Made by a program: the position numbers and the translations under genes
The notes under the pieces: model-generated
Databases searched by the model: none
What the model was told of the DNA's origin: nothing
What the model saw: the letters and a program-made list of their open reading frames with translations, nothing else
DNA from: Chrysomallon squamiferum
Lineage: Eukaryota; Animalia; Mollusca
NCBI GenBank assembly: GCA_012295275.1
Contig: CM022679.1
Location: 4,526,001 to 4,590,000 of the forward strand
DNA: 64,000 nt
Direction: 5' to 3'
Part shown: positions 41,540 through 54,628 of the stretch, in pieces
Layout: each line of letters begins with the position of its first letter
Position numbering within the stretch: the stretch's first letter is position 1

Positions 41540-42510
41540 ATCGTATCTTTACTTCTATTAGCTCTATTCTTTGTGATTATCGTGCATATCTTCTAGATCA
41601 GGTTACATATAAATCAGTAAACGTTCAGGTATTTCACTTATTGACGTTAAAACGCAATCCAGTGCACGTGATGACTTTGAATACCTATCGCAGAGAGGCA
41701 AAAGTTGGATTTAAAATGTCTCTGTGTAACAATGGACACCGCGACTTGAGTGAATTTATATAATTACATACATTGAAGAAACTTATAACATCAGCAAATA
41801 CAGGTAAGAATTATACGTACATACATACATACATTAATACATACATACCAGTATACAAACATACATACATGCATGCATTCATTCGTACACACATAAAAAA
41901 AGTTGTCTCGATGGCCGAACGGTACAGTCGTCCGCCTCTGGGTGCCACATCCAAATATTCATATTTACCTACGTCCGAGTCTCGTCAAATATACATCTGA
42001 CGGTGTTTGTGAGGTTGGGACTGCACTTTGTCCTCCTTGGCCAGTGCCAGTATTGTCTTTGTACAGAGTCTAATCAGACGTACATAAGACAGAGAATATT
42101 AAAAATCCTCAACTATATACATGACAAATAAACAAAACAACAAAAAACAACATTAGAGGTTATAGTACACGTCTAATTTAGTGTCAAGGAAAAAAGCAGT
42201 AAAACAGAAGGAAGTATTCCTAAAAAATTTCCCGTAGAGTCACAATTTTCGTATCTTTTCTTCTGCTGCATAAAGTTAAAAGCTCTATTCTGTATGATTA
42301 AGACCCGTATCTTATAGAACAGGATGTATGTAACAACAAGCATTCAGGTATTGAATTCAGTGTACTGTTGGCTTTGAATATCTATTGCAAATAGTTAAAA
42401 GTTGGGTTTGAAATGTTTCTGTGTAACGAGTGAAGTTATGTAATTATATACGTAGAAGAAACTTAACATCAGCAAATACAGGTAAGAATTATACAAACAT
42501 GCATACAATC
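41540..42510 (+). repeat. Diverged ~250-bp direct repeat pair (41540-41820 and 42280-42510)
   Basis: Shared AGCTCTATTCT.T.TGATTA...AAAAGTTGG.TTT.AAATGT.TCTGTGTAAC...AACATCAGCAAATACAGGTAAGAATTATAC. Confidence 0.75.
41902..42085 (+). mobile_element. Possible degenerate tRNA-derived SINE
   Basis: GC-richer island with an A-box-like TGGCCGAACGG and a B-box-like GTCCGAGTCTC; no cloverleaf is recognisable. Confidence 0.3.
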
Positions 42511-42523
42511 AAACAAACATACA

Positions 42524-42626
<103 letters not shown>

Positions 42627-42850
42627 TATTATTATCAAGCTGTTATTTTGTTTCAGTATCTTTAAATTATTATTTCGACTAATTTTATATTTGGAATACA
42701 GGCATAAAGTTAAATACAGACTTTTAAAAGAAACAAAAAATGTGTTTTCGTATTTATAGGTGTATGTATATATTATTTTTATAAATTATAAAGTATTTCT
42801 GGCCATAAAGACGAGATTCAAAACGTTAGTAATTTTTAAAAATGAATGAA

Positions 42851-42907
<57 letters not shown>

Positions 42908-44112
42908 CTGAGTCTGTATGCATGTGTATGTATATGTTTTTGAATGTATATATGTGTGTCTCTCTGTGTTTGTGTGTGCGTGTGTGTATGTGGGTGCCTG
43001 TGTTAGTGCAGATTGCCGTATTTATATGTGTATAAGTGTGACTTTCATATTAATACCAGTACGAGAAAATTCATAACAAATTAATTAAATTGAAATATGT
43101 ACTGACTTGTTACTTGCATGAATATATATATTAGAGTGGTTAAGAACCACTCTGTTATAACAGAAGTAAATGACAGAGACAATTATGAAACACATTCGTG
43201 CGTTGATAAAATACATCCTGGCGTTATAAACATGAATTTGGCCAAATGCAATCTTTATATATTTCTGGGGGCGTCTTATACACGGATAAGTACGGTATGT
43301 TCTTTTTTATTTTTATTTTTTTTGGACTGTTCGTGTGGGTGTATGTTTGTGAACCTTGCTTATGGCGTGTGTCGTATATTTAGAACCCCTATATATTTCG
43401 AGCTGGATGGTAAAGATTAGGATATTACTTCTTCCTGGTTTCAAGTCACATCGTTTCTCAGAAATCTTAGTAAAGCGTACTTATAAAACTGTAATCAGAT
43501 ATATTTTATTAAACGTGTACATTACTTCAGTTCTATTTTAGTTCAAGGATGTAGTTTGTTCAGCAATAATGAACAGACCAATAGATTCACTGGGACACAA
43601 ATGGATTTTTTATTTTTTTTCAACCTTCCAAGAAAGGAATTTCAATTTATTCGTTTTCAAATTCCTGTCTGTCACAACGAGGCGCATATCGCGGACACGC
43701 TTGGCCTATTCTGTTTAGCATAATCAGTGCTATATATTCCTTTTAAAATGCAAGCGGTTTTCATATTATCATTATCGAGATTTTAAGAAGTTCAAACAAG
43801 GGAATATAGTGTTACAGAATTAAAACAAAATAATGAATAACTTAATTAATTTTCTTCGTTATATTCTTCTTTCTTTCTTTTTCTTTTCTTTTTCTTCTTC
43901 TTCTTTATTACTACTATTCCTACTCCTATTTCCCCTATTTTTATTATTATTATTATTATTTTTAATACAACGTTTTTTTTACTATACTACATTATTAACT
44001 ATTCGCATCTAAATAAAAATATAGTCCACAACTACTGTTACATTTATCATTTTCATCATTATCAAATAATCACAGATGTCATTTATTTATTTATTTATTT
44101 ATTTATTAGAAA

Positions 44113-44321
44113 ATGGAGGAGAATGACGCGATCGCCATCGTTGGCGTAGGAGGGCGATTTCCTGGCGCAAACAACATCGACGAGTTCTGGCAAGTGTTAC
44201 TAAAGGGAGAGAATCATTTGAAAGAAATTCCACCAGAGAGATGGAATCTGGAGGCGTTTTATGACGATGATCCTGACGCACCTGGAAAGACTTATGCCAG
44301 AAAAGCTGGACTTTTATCAAA
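44113..44321 (+). CDS. PKS exon 1 (KS N-terminus)
   Basis: [29 protein letters not shown]... Confidence 0.92.
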
Positions 44322-45107
44322 GTAACATTACTTATTTATTTATCTATTTACGTATCACCTTTTTTCTGCGTATCACGTCTTTATATTTCTGTTCATTCAT
44401 TTTGAACCACAAATAAGAAGGATGCTTCATGTATATTTTACTCTAGCGATTTTATTGTGGAAAGTACATTGTTATTGATATTCATTTTATATAATTATTT
44501 ATATTCATTGTTTGCGATTTCAGTTATGATGAATTTGATCACAAGCTGTTCGGAATTCACTTTCAAGAAGCTGAGAGAATTGATCCGCAGCAGAAGTACG
44601 TACTGGAGTGTGTCTTCATGGCTTTACAAGATGCTGGAATCACCAGAGAAAATATACAAGGCACCGACACCGCGGTCTACATAGGTATTGTAATTTAATA
44701 TTTATATTTTAACACACACAGACACGCGCACACACATTATTACTATTACTATTACTATTATGATTATTATTATTATTACTATTATTATTATTATAGTCTA
44801 TTCCTATTATTACACAGATGATATAATGTTTGTATCTTTTTACTTTAATCATTTAATTTTTATGTTTCAATATCATCACATTAGCACATTTAGCTTATTA
44901 CATACGCACTCCCATATGTATATGCATGTATGAATATATGAATATATATATATATATATATTATGAGTTTTATTGTTGTTATTGTTCTTTTTGTTGTTGT
45001 TGTCGTTGTTGCTTTTAGCAGATTCTTTTTATTACACAGATGTAACTTTTCTATATTTATTTTACTCTCTCTATCTTTCGTTCTCTCTCTCTCTTTCTCA
45101 CTCTCTT

Positions 45108-45170
<63 letters not shown>

Positions 45171-48100
45171 TATATTAACAATTTTCTCTGCAGGTCTTTT
45201 GAATGACGATTATAACGGAATGACAAGTATATACGACGTGAATCATTATAATGTCACTGGTGGATCAAGCAGTCTTGTATCAGCTCGAGTTTCCTACACC
45301 TTTGATCTACGTGGGCCCTGTATGTCAGTGGACACGGCGTGTTCGTCGGCGTTGTTGTCCATCCACCTTGGCAGTCAAGCTCTCAGAACAGGTAGGAGAT
45401 GTTATTAGTATCGAAGTCGTCATGATCGATTAAATTTAATAAATAATATTATCATCATCAGTATTTGTTTGTTAATTCTAAAACCACTGCTATTACTACT
45501 ACTACTACTACTACTACTTCTACTACTACTACTACTACTGTGACTATTACTGCAACAACAACAGCTATTATAGCTAAATTACCTTTATTAATGTCATCAC
45601 TTTTGTTCTTGTATATGTTCTTTTCATCTGTCGTTTCTTTCATTATTGTTATTACCATTATTATTATTACCTTTATTATTATCGTTATCATTATTATTGT
45701 CGTTGTCGTTGTTGTAATGTTTCATGGTAACAGCAGCAATTAATGAGCATGCACTGCACTTACTACAACGTCAGTCCTATTAGAAATACTGATATCAATT
45801 TGAACTGTACCAAACACAAAATTAAATGAAAAAACATTTCTGTACAGGAGACTGCAACATGGCGGTGTGTGGTGGGGTAAACGCTATTCTGATACCCGCC
45901 ACGTTCGTACAGCTGACAAAAGCCAGGATGGTGTCGCCCACGGCGCAGTGTCACACGTTCTCGGCCGATGCGGACGGATACGCCCGAGGAGAAGGATGTG
46001 GAATAGTTTTACTGAAAAGACTGTCTGACGTAAGTTAGTGTTTGTATGCGTGTGTGTATATACTTGTCTATGCGTTTTTCTATTTGAGTATTCTCTGTCT
46101 CTTGTACGTCTTCTGATTAGACTATTCGGGAAAACATTGGCACAGAAGGACAAAGTCCAATCACGACTTAACAAATCCCTTCAGATGCCGCTGACGAGAC
46201 TCGAATGCATGGCACCCGTTCGCTGGCATACTGAAGGCCATTAAGACAGTGCGTATATATATATGAATATATGTATGCACCTCTTTTTTTCTTTCTACAT
46301 AACTGTCAGAATACGTGTATTTGTGTGTGTATGTGTATCTGAACAAGAACATATTTGTGATTTGTATATAACACATTCTACGTGACATTTTCATAACGTG
46401 TTGTTGACATACGCTTTCTTTCCTATTTTCATCTCATAAATAATCAATTACGTCTAAAAGCTCTTTTATTTAATTCAACTTATTATATACATAAGCCTTA
46501 AGGCAAATTGTCGTTAAAAGGTATCTAATAGTGTATGCACTGATATCCAGTTTCTGCATGAATTGTTATTAGTAAAACTGCACAGATAAATTGTTTAGTC
46601 CAAACAAAAAGTAAAAAAAAACTGTTTTAGGACACACTAGTAAAAGGGATATCATCCGTTCTATATAGTAAACAGCTGAGATATAATACCGTATATATTT
46701 CGTTTATAATTTATATATAGATATATATAGCTACATATATACATATCCACACTATTATATGCTTGTCATTCATTTTTAAATTTTCTATAAGATGTATCTG
46801 TATATGTGCTTGTGCGCGTGTATGTATGTGGTAAATATTCACCAAATAGCCAGTATGAGATAACGTTAAATATTTTATTTATATTTCTTAAAATTTAATT
46901 GCTGTTTTATATTCTTACATTGTGTTCTACTGTTTTACACAGTATTCAAGAAATTATATTTATTTATTTATTTATTTATTGTCACAATTTTTTTAATTAA
47001 TATTTGATATATATGTATATATTTTTTGTATCATTTTATATTTTAAATTATTCCAATTCAATTTATATGTTATACAAATAGATTTATGGAAAGAGAACAT
47101 TATTAAACATATTTATGTACAAATTCTCTGTTCAGGCAATTAGAGATGCAGATAAGATATGGGCGACAGTTGTAACTGGTACAAACCAAGATGGCCGAAC
47201 GGTTACTCCTGTGACAGCGCCCTCTGGTGAACAACAGGAAGCGCTTCTGAGAACTGTTTACAAAAGAGCTAAAATTGACCCGTCTGACATAGATTACATT
47301 GAGGCTCATGGTAAATAAAACTTATTTACATAATTCATAAACGGTAGTGTGTTCTTTAATAACAAAACTATTTACCCTCTCAAGTGTATTGGCATAACAT
47401 TTATTTTATATACATACAATGATTTAAAATATTTAAATTAACTCTGAAAGTTTTATATTTTTGTTTATTATTATTATTATTATTATTATTATATGTTTTT
47501 ATATTTTTATTGTATATAATAACACGACAACCAACATGGTCGTAGTTGATATATAGAAGATGCGTCTTCTTAGAAAATTCTGATTTATCAAGATCATATA
47601 ATTATTATTTTGTCGCCTGATAGTTGCATAATGTTATGTGCACTGTTTTTGTTTTATTTCAGATTTTTTTATTTAATTTCTTTTCTTTTCTTTTCTTTTC
47701 TTTTATTTATTATTATTATAATTATTTTATTTTTTTATTTTTAGGGACCAAATATTACCTGAAATACAGCATTATCTAGATTATGTAACTATTACTAAGT
47801 CAAAAACTAATTCTTATGATGATGATATAAATTAATGGGTTGTCAGATATTATTTCAAATATTGTACAATACTGGCAAAACAATTGTTTCAAAGTTATGC
47901 ATTTTTTTTTCTGATCTACCAAAGTTTTTTTCTTAGGGACTGGAACAAAAGCTGGAGATCCCGTAGAAGTTCAGAGTTTAGGCAACTTTTTTCTGAGTTT
48001 GGCGAAACAGAAGAAGAGATATATTGGATCTGTGAAGACAAACATTGGTCATCTGGAACCCGCAGCTGGTGTAGCCGGACTCATCAAAGTCTTGCTCATG

Positions 48101-51100
48101 ATGAAGAATAACAAGATTGTCAAGTCACTTTTGACAGGCGAGCAGAATCCAAACATTGACTTCCGAAAGTTCTCTTTTGAAGTTCCCACTGAAGTTCATG
48201 ACTGGGACAACCCTAAGAAAGTATCTTGCATAAATTCTTTCGGATTTGGTGGAAGCAATTGTCATGCCATTGTTACAAATTACAGAGAACCGCCCTGCGA
48301 GCTAAAACAAGAAAATGTGACACCTTTGCTGTTCTGCTTTTCTGGACAGAACATGAAAGGGCTAAAAGACAGTATCCAGGAATTTATTTCATTTGCAGAA
48401 ACGAACCCAGCAGAAGATGTTCGAGCCATATCATTTACATCAACTGTAAGACGAGATCACTTTCATGTGAGGAAGGCGGTTACGGCTAATTCACTGAATG
48501 AACTGGTGGCAAAACTGAAATCTGCACAAATGTCGGAATCGTCGCAGAGACGCAAAAGAATGATTTTCGTGTTTGGGGGAATGGGCACATCGTGGAACGG
48601 AATGTGTAAAGAACTCATGTCAGAGTTTGAAGTATTCAAAGAAAAGATTCTAGAGATTGACAGCTGTTTGAAAGTTCACGAACCGTGGTCGCTGTATGAA
48701 CGACTCATCAATGACTACAATGTGGAAGACTCTTTGTTCGGACCACTTTCCATATTTGCATGTCAAGTGGCACTGGCCACCCTTTGGAAACATCTGGGAA
48801 TTAATCCTGACTGTATTGTTGGACAAAGCATAGGTGAAGTGGCAGCTTCTCATATTGCTGGAGTCTGGTCCCTTGAAGAAGCTGTGAAGATTATATTTTA
48901 CAGAACCTCAGTCCTGTCTGATGCAACTGGGGGAAGAATGGTCATCTTTCGAAACATTTCAGTTAAAAAACTTGAAAAACTGATTTCGAAATATGAAGGT
49001 AGAGCAAACATAGCGCTTTATTACAGTCCAAAATCGTGTTGTGTCAGTGGTGACGCTGATGCAGTTGAAGAGGTCGAAAAAGCTTGCATTAACGAAAATG
49101 GGATTAATCTGCTTCCACTGAAAGTCAACACAGCGTTCCACAGTCACCACACAGAAAAATCCAAAGACAAACTGCAAGAGCACTTGTCTGGCATGCAAGG
49201 CAGTAAACCTGATGTAGAAATCATATCAACAGTTACTGGAAAAGCAGCAACGGAATCAGACTTTACAACACCAGCTTACTGGGCAGATAAATATCAGGCA
49301 TCCGGTTCTGTTTGGTCCAGCTATTGTTAACGCCATTAGAATCGAATGTGTCAATGTCTTCGTTGAAATAGGTCCAAAACCTGTGCTCGGATCTCACATC
49401 AGTGACCTATTTACTGAGGAAAATGTTGTTGCAGTTCCTTCGATGAAACCGAATTCTGAACTCAGCTGTTTGATGGCAACAGTAGGGAAAATGTACGAAC
49501 ACGGCGTTAACTTCAACTGGAAGACCTTATTCAAGGAAACGGAACAAAATACTGAACTACCTAGATACACTTTCTGCAGAAACAAATGTTTCTATATATC
49601 CGAAGGTTTTCGACAACAGCTCATGGGCTTAGATCATAGGAAAAATATTCATCCGTTTCTGAAAACAATTTACTACAAAGATTCAGGCTCTGATCACAAA
49701 ATCATCATTTCACCAAACACAATAGGTAGTGTTTACGAACACAGATTTTCTGGAACTATTCTCATCCCTGGCGCTCTGTACGGCGAGGTCGGCTTTGCTC
49801 TCGGACAACACTACTTTGGAAAAGAAGAAAGTAAGAACTTGAGGGTTTCACTAAAATTCAGACACGCTGTCATACTGGAAAAGGATAAAATTGAAATACT
49901 TGACGTCGACATAATCAAAACAGAAAAACCGAAATCAATACGATTCGTGGTGCATAAACAAAACAAAGTGTACGTCAAGGGACAGGTCATTTGCGAAAAG
50001 TCGGAAAACGAGAAAATTAACATTGAAAACATACGAGAAAGATGTCCGCAAGAAATCGAAAAAGATTTACTTTACAAGTATCTTCTAGAGTTTGGAATGA
50101 CATTTGGAGAAATGCTGCAAATAGTTACAGAAACAGTGAGAGGCAAAACAGAAAGTTTGTCTCGAATATCGTTAAATACAGTGATCAAAGAAGAAATGAA
50201 CGGAACCACGATTCACCCTGCGGTACTGGATGCCATGTTTCAGACTACAGCGACGTGCTATCCGGAGGATTCGGCTCTCCAAAGAGCTCTCCCCGTTCTG
50301 GTTGACGGTCTGAAAGTAAGAAGACCGGTTGAAGACCACATGATTGCTTACACTAGACTCCTGAAAGGTGAATCCAGTTCATCGAAGCTCTTTTGTATCT
50401 CTTTGCTTACGGAAGAAGGGGAAGTCATAGCAGAGGTTGAGAAATATGTCTCTAAAACTGTTGGCTCACAGAAAGAAGAAATCATGTACGAAATGCAGTG
50501 GCACTCCTCTGAAGAATTACAAACCAAAAATAGTCATCTTCTCCCAAACCAGAAAGTATTGGTGATTGCTGACAACAAAGAGAAAGTAATCCAGGAAACG
50601 GTTTCGTTTATAACAACGTGGAAGCCATTCTGAAATTTGATGTATCTTCACTATCAGTTTTTTCTGCAGTAGTATTTATATGTCAGGAAAAGAGCACTGA
50701 AAATATTTCAGGTTCCGATATGCTAGAAATAGTCACAAACTGTGCAATGAATCTGAGAAGACTGTTAATGCACTTGAGCAACCAAAGTGCGAGTGTCCCA
50801 CTGTTCATAATCACTGAAAATGCAGTAAACATCGGCAACGACGTTTCAGTAGACTTGGTGACTGGATCGTGCTGGGGGTTTGTGATGACGGTGATGCGAG
50901 AGCAGATATATTCCTCGACAACCATCGTAGATGTTCACACAGACCACACTAACACGTTCCATGCTTTAATGTCAGCTGCTGTACAGTACCTTTTGTCTCA
51001 GAAGGGTAGCCAAGGAATTGCTGAATTAGTCATTGATCAAAATCACATTTGGCATCAACAACTGTTTCAAAGTGAAGATATACCAATATTTCGTATCAAC

Positions 51101-54100
51101 AAACTGATCAGACCCGATAGAGCAATCTTGTTTTCTGAGAGTGAGAATATTATTTCTAATCCATTTTTTGAATATGACAGTCAAAACGAATTCGGTTCAA
51201 ATTCACACACTGTAGATATTAGGACATCAAGCATAGTGATGCATAGCTCTTCACTTTTCCAGGAATGCGTTCCAGGTCGTCAGTCATCGATCTTTGGCAC
51301 AAATATAATAACACTTGAAGGAGTTGGAAACGTCTCTACACAAAATGATGCAGAAGAGAATGTGGCGTTTTTATTTCCTTGCAATGCCGGTTCAGTAATC
51401 ACAGTTCCCCTGCACTGCACGATAAATATCAAGAAAATTCCATTTTACACGCCAGGACTTCTGACTAAACTGTATCTACTCTGGCACCATTGCCTGTTAC
51501 TGGAAAAACAGCAGGAAATTATGAACAAATCTAAACACAGGTTCCAGCTGCCCTTTTGCAGATCTTGTAAAGGAAAACTAACAAATGTTGTCATTCTCTG
51601 TTCTGAAATGACTCTTTCAGTTGCAAAGGCACTTGCACTGATGCTCCAAGCGGAAAATAACAAAAAGGACATTGAAATTCAAATATTTCATATCGACACT
51701 CACACCACTGTTCAAACGAATTACGAAACGATAATTTTCTCCACGGTTCAGATGAAAGGCAATGTTATTCAAGCAATCTGCAAATATTGGCCTGATGCTA
51801 AATATCTGATATGCATGGCTCAGTTGCTTCCTGCACATGCTGCTCAACAGCTAAGTAATTACAATCAAATGCTTGAGATCCACAGAATCAGATGTAATGA
51901 TATTTTTACCTGCAGTTCAGTGATAGCTACACTGCCCAAACTGGCTGCGTGGATTTCAAACAAAAATAACTATGTCAAAGAAATAGCAGAAACATTAAAA
52001 GAACTTCCAAAAGACAAAATAAAATCCAGTATCCTTTCTATGATGCACTGCTCTACCATTAAGGTTTTCGACAGCAGTGGTGTTAGTCATCTGCCAGTGA
52101 AATCTACAGAGAAAGATTTACTTCGTCCTGATGGTCTCTATGTTGTAGTAGGTGGTCTAACTGGCCTCGGACGGGAATGTGTCAAATTTCTGGCTGAGAG
52201 AGGAGCAGGCGCAATTCTGATTATGAATCGCCGAGAAGCACAGCGAGATCAAAAAGAGGAACTAAAAGAACTGGAGACTTGCTTTGGCTGTAAAATTGTT
52301 GCCGATCAGGTTGATGTCACGGACATGTTATCTTTGGAAAATTCTCTGAAAGCAGTTGAAGCTAAATTACCAAAATATAAGTTCAAAGGAGTTTTCTTCG
52401 GAGCTGGAGTTCTTGCAGACACGACAATGATCAATATGACAAAAGACATGTTTCAGAAGGCGGCTTTACCCAAGATACAAGGTGCGTGGAATATGCATTT
52501 TCTCACCAAAAACATCCCTCTTGACTTCTTCATCATGCATTCTTCAGTTGCAGCAGTATTTGGAAACCCTGGGCAGTCAAACTATGGAGCAGCCAACGCC
52601 TTCCTAGATTCATTAGCGCACAACCGCAGACAGGCTGGACTTGCAGCACAGAGCATCAACTGGGGACCTCTTAAACTTGGAATGTTGAACGAGAAACCCG
52701 AGCTTGTGCAAGCATTAGAAAGAGCAGGATATATTCCTCTTAGCGTTGAAGAGATCCATAAATGTCTTCTTTCCGCACTTATGTTAGACAAGCCTTCCAT
52801 CTTGGCAGCCAAATTTAACTACAGTCAGTTAGCCAACAGCATTCTTCATGAGAACAATGACGTACTGGAGTTCAAAGTAAGCTCTATCCTTGATATTCCG
52901 ACAGCTGAAAATGTCAAAAATGACACCTCAGATATCAAACAACACATCAGCATAGAACAGCTTAAAAATATGGACAGTAGTAAACGACTTGAAACGGTAA
53001 GAAAATTCATCATTGAACTGTTGGGAAATGTTCTCAGCTTCTATCTAGCAGCTTTCGATTTAGATAAAGGTGTGCAAGAGTTGGGATTGGACTCGATGCA
53101 AGCAATGACCACCAGCAACCAAATCAACCAAACGTTTCGTGTACGGATCACTCCGGCTGGTCTTTTACAGCAAAACCTGACAGTAAATGGGATCACAGAG
53201 CAAATTAATTCCTCTTTGTTTAATCAAGACCATTCACCTGTTATTGTAGATCCTAACAGCACTTCAGCTTTACTTGAACAGTCACTGTCTTACATGGAGC
53301 ATGTTTTCTATAAGATGTACTCTGAAAACCCTGCTGACCCCAGTTTATTTTTCCTGGCTGAATTAACACTTCCAGACTCTGCAGCCAATCCAGAACTGTG
53401 GAGAAGGGTATCCGCAGAGCTGATGTCAAGACACGAAGTTCTGAGGACTACGTTTGAAAAAGTGCCGGAAAGTGAAAACTTCAGATGGAACGTGAAGAGA
53501 AAAGTGAATGCAGTAGGAATGAAACCTGATTTCACGGTACTGGAAACAGAACAGTTGGCTGAAATAGAACAGAAAACAAAAGAAGCTTTTCATTTAGAAA
53601 CAAAAGGTCCACTTCGCTTTATTCTGATTCATGGTAAAACATCGCGTTTGAGAATAGTGTATAACAACATCGGCTTTGATATGCAAGCCATTGGCGTGAT
53701 ATTTCAAGATCTTATAACAGTTTTTATCTCTGTCCAGTTTATGCTGACACTTCTAGATCTGAAAACTGTGGGAGGAAGTCTGATAGTCGTGGAGATGGAG
53801 AAGATACTGCAGGAGAAGGGTGATGAACTGAAACACTTCTGGAAACATACACTTGATGTTGATATTCCAGAAATTAGCTTAGGCGATGTAAATCTTCAGA
53901 GAGAAGTGACATTTGAAACATTTGGAAAAGAAAAGGTAACTCTGACACGTGATGTTTATGAATCACTTCAACGACTGTCCATGTCAACTGGCTTGAGCAT
54001 GTTCAAGCTGCTGGCCTCAGCTTATCAACTACTACTCCATCTGACATCCGGTGAAGCCGTTGTCGTTCTTCTAGCTGCAGTCGACGTCAAGCAGTACATT

Positions 54101-54628
54101 GGAAGCGTCAGTCACGCCGTGGGGAGGGGAGCAAATCTCATTCCTTTGTTATCCACGTTTTCGTCCGATGACGTTAGCTGCGCCGACTTTCTCAAGAGCA
54201 ACGGAACTTCAATTCAGATGTCTCTAGATCACTGCTTGTGTCCACTGGATGTCATCGAGGATCTTGTCAGCGCTGAGAAATTCAGAAACATTACTAGAAA
54301 TAAGATAGTCATGGTCGAAAACGATTTTTCTGTATCTTTGTCACAGCTGGGAAAAGAAAGAGGCTATACATTTGACATCATCAGAGCCGAGGACATGGGG
54401 ACTCATGCAGAGGCCCAGCTCAGTTTGTGGAATAGTCCAAAAGAAAAGAAAATGACACTTGAACTGACGTACAACACAAATGTTATATCCTCCAAACGCG
54501 CTAAAACAGTGATGCGCGCTCTTAGAGACATTGCTATTAAAATTGGCAACGACGTCAGTCTCACGATTGCAAGTTTGCGGAGCATAGGAAGCCTTGAAGA
54601 GATCAACTCACTCGATGCTTACCTGTAG
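44113..54628 (+). CDS. Animal iterative type I polyketide synthase, KS-AT-DH-pseudoKR-pseudoER-KR-ACP-C(-like), about 2,540 aa; two frameshifts as assembled (error or recent pseudogene)
   Basis: Exons 44113-44321, 44524-44684, 45194-45391, 45848-46029, 47136-47310 and 47937-54628 have GT-AG sites in compatible phase. Motifs: KS DPQQ, DTACSS, EAHGTGT, NIGHLE; AT GQSIG, TAFH; [18 protein letters not shown]; KR GGLTGLG, YGAAN; ACP LGLDSM; C-like RHEVLRTTF. Frameshifts at about 49290 and about 50570-50630. Confidence 0.93.
44524..44684 (+). CDS. PKS exon 2 (KS)
   Basis: [54 protein letters not shown]. Confidence 0.92.
45194..45391 (+). CDS. PKS exon 3 (KS catalytic Cys)
   Basis: ...[23 protein letters not shown]... 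Confidence 0.93.
45848..46029 (+). CDS. PKS exon 4 (KS)
   Basis: [11 protein letters not shown]...[20 protein letters not shown]. Confidence 0.93.
47136..47310 (+). CDS. PKS exon 5 (KS)
   Basis: [10 protein letters not shown]...NQDGR...IDYIEAH. Confidence 0.93.
47937..54628 (+). CDS. PKS exon 6 (6.7 kb: end of KS, AT, DH, pseudoER, KR, ACP, C-like)
   Basis: Three consecutive ORFs (47999-49330, 49383-50633, 50618-54628) form one collinear PKS. Confidence 0.9.

Noticed and set aside
49280-50635. Programmed ribosomal frameshifting or mini-introns
   Set aside because: No X_XXY_YYZ slippery site or plausible GT-AG intron is seen at the first break, which falls inside the conserved AT motif. The second break could not be located exactly.
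48650-54606. Short antisense ORFs within the PKS exon
   Set aside because: They are shadows of the coding strand with no recognisable motifs.
44113-54628. Bacterial contaminant or symbiont PKS
   Set aside because: It has five spliceosomal introns containing host-type microsatellites and sits in continuous animal-like flanks.
44113-54628. Canonical fatty acid synthase (FASN)
   Set aside because: There is no TE or ER nucleotide-binding motif, a C-like terminus is present, and the KS motifs are PKS-like ([20 protein letters not shown]).
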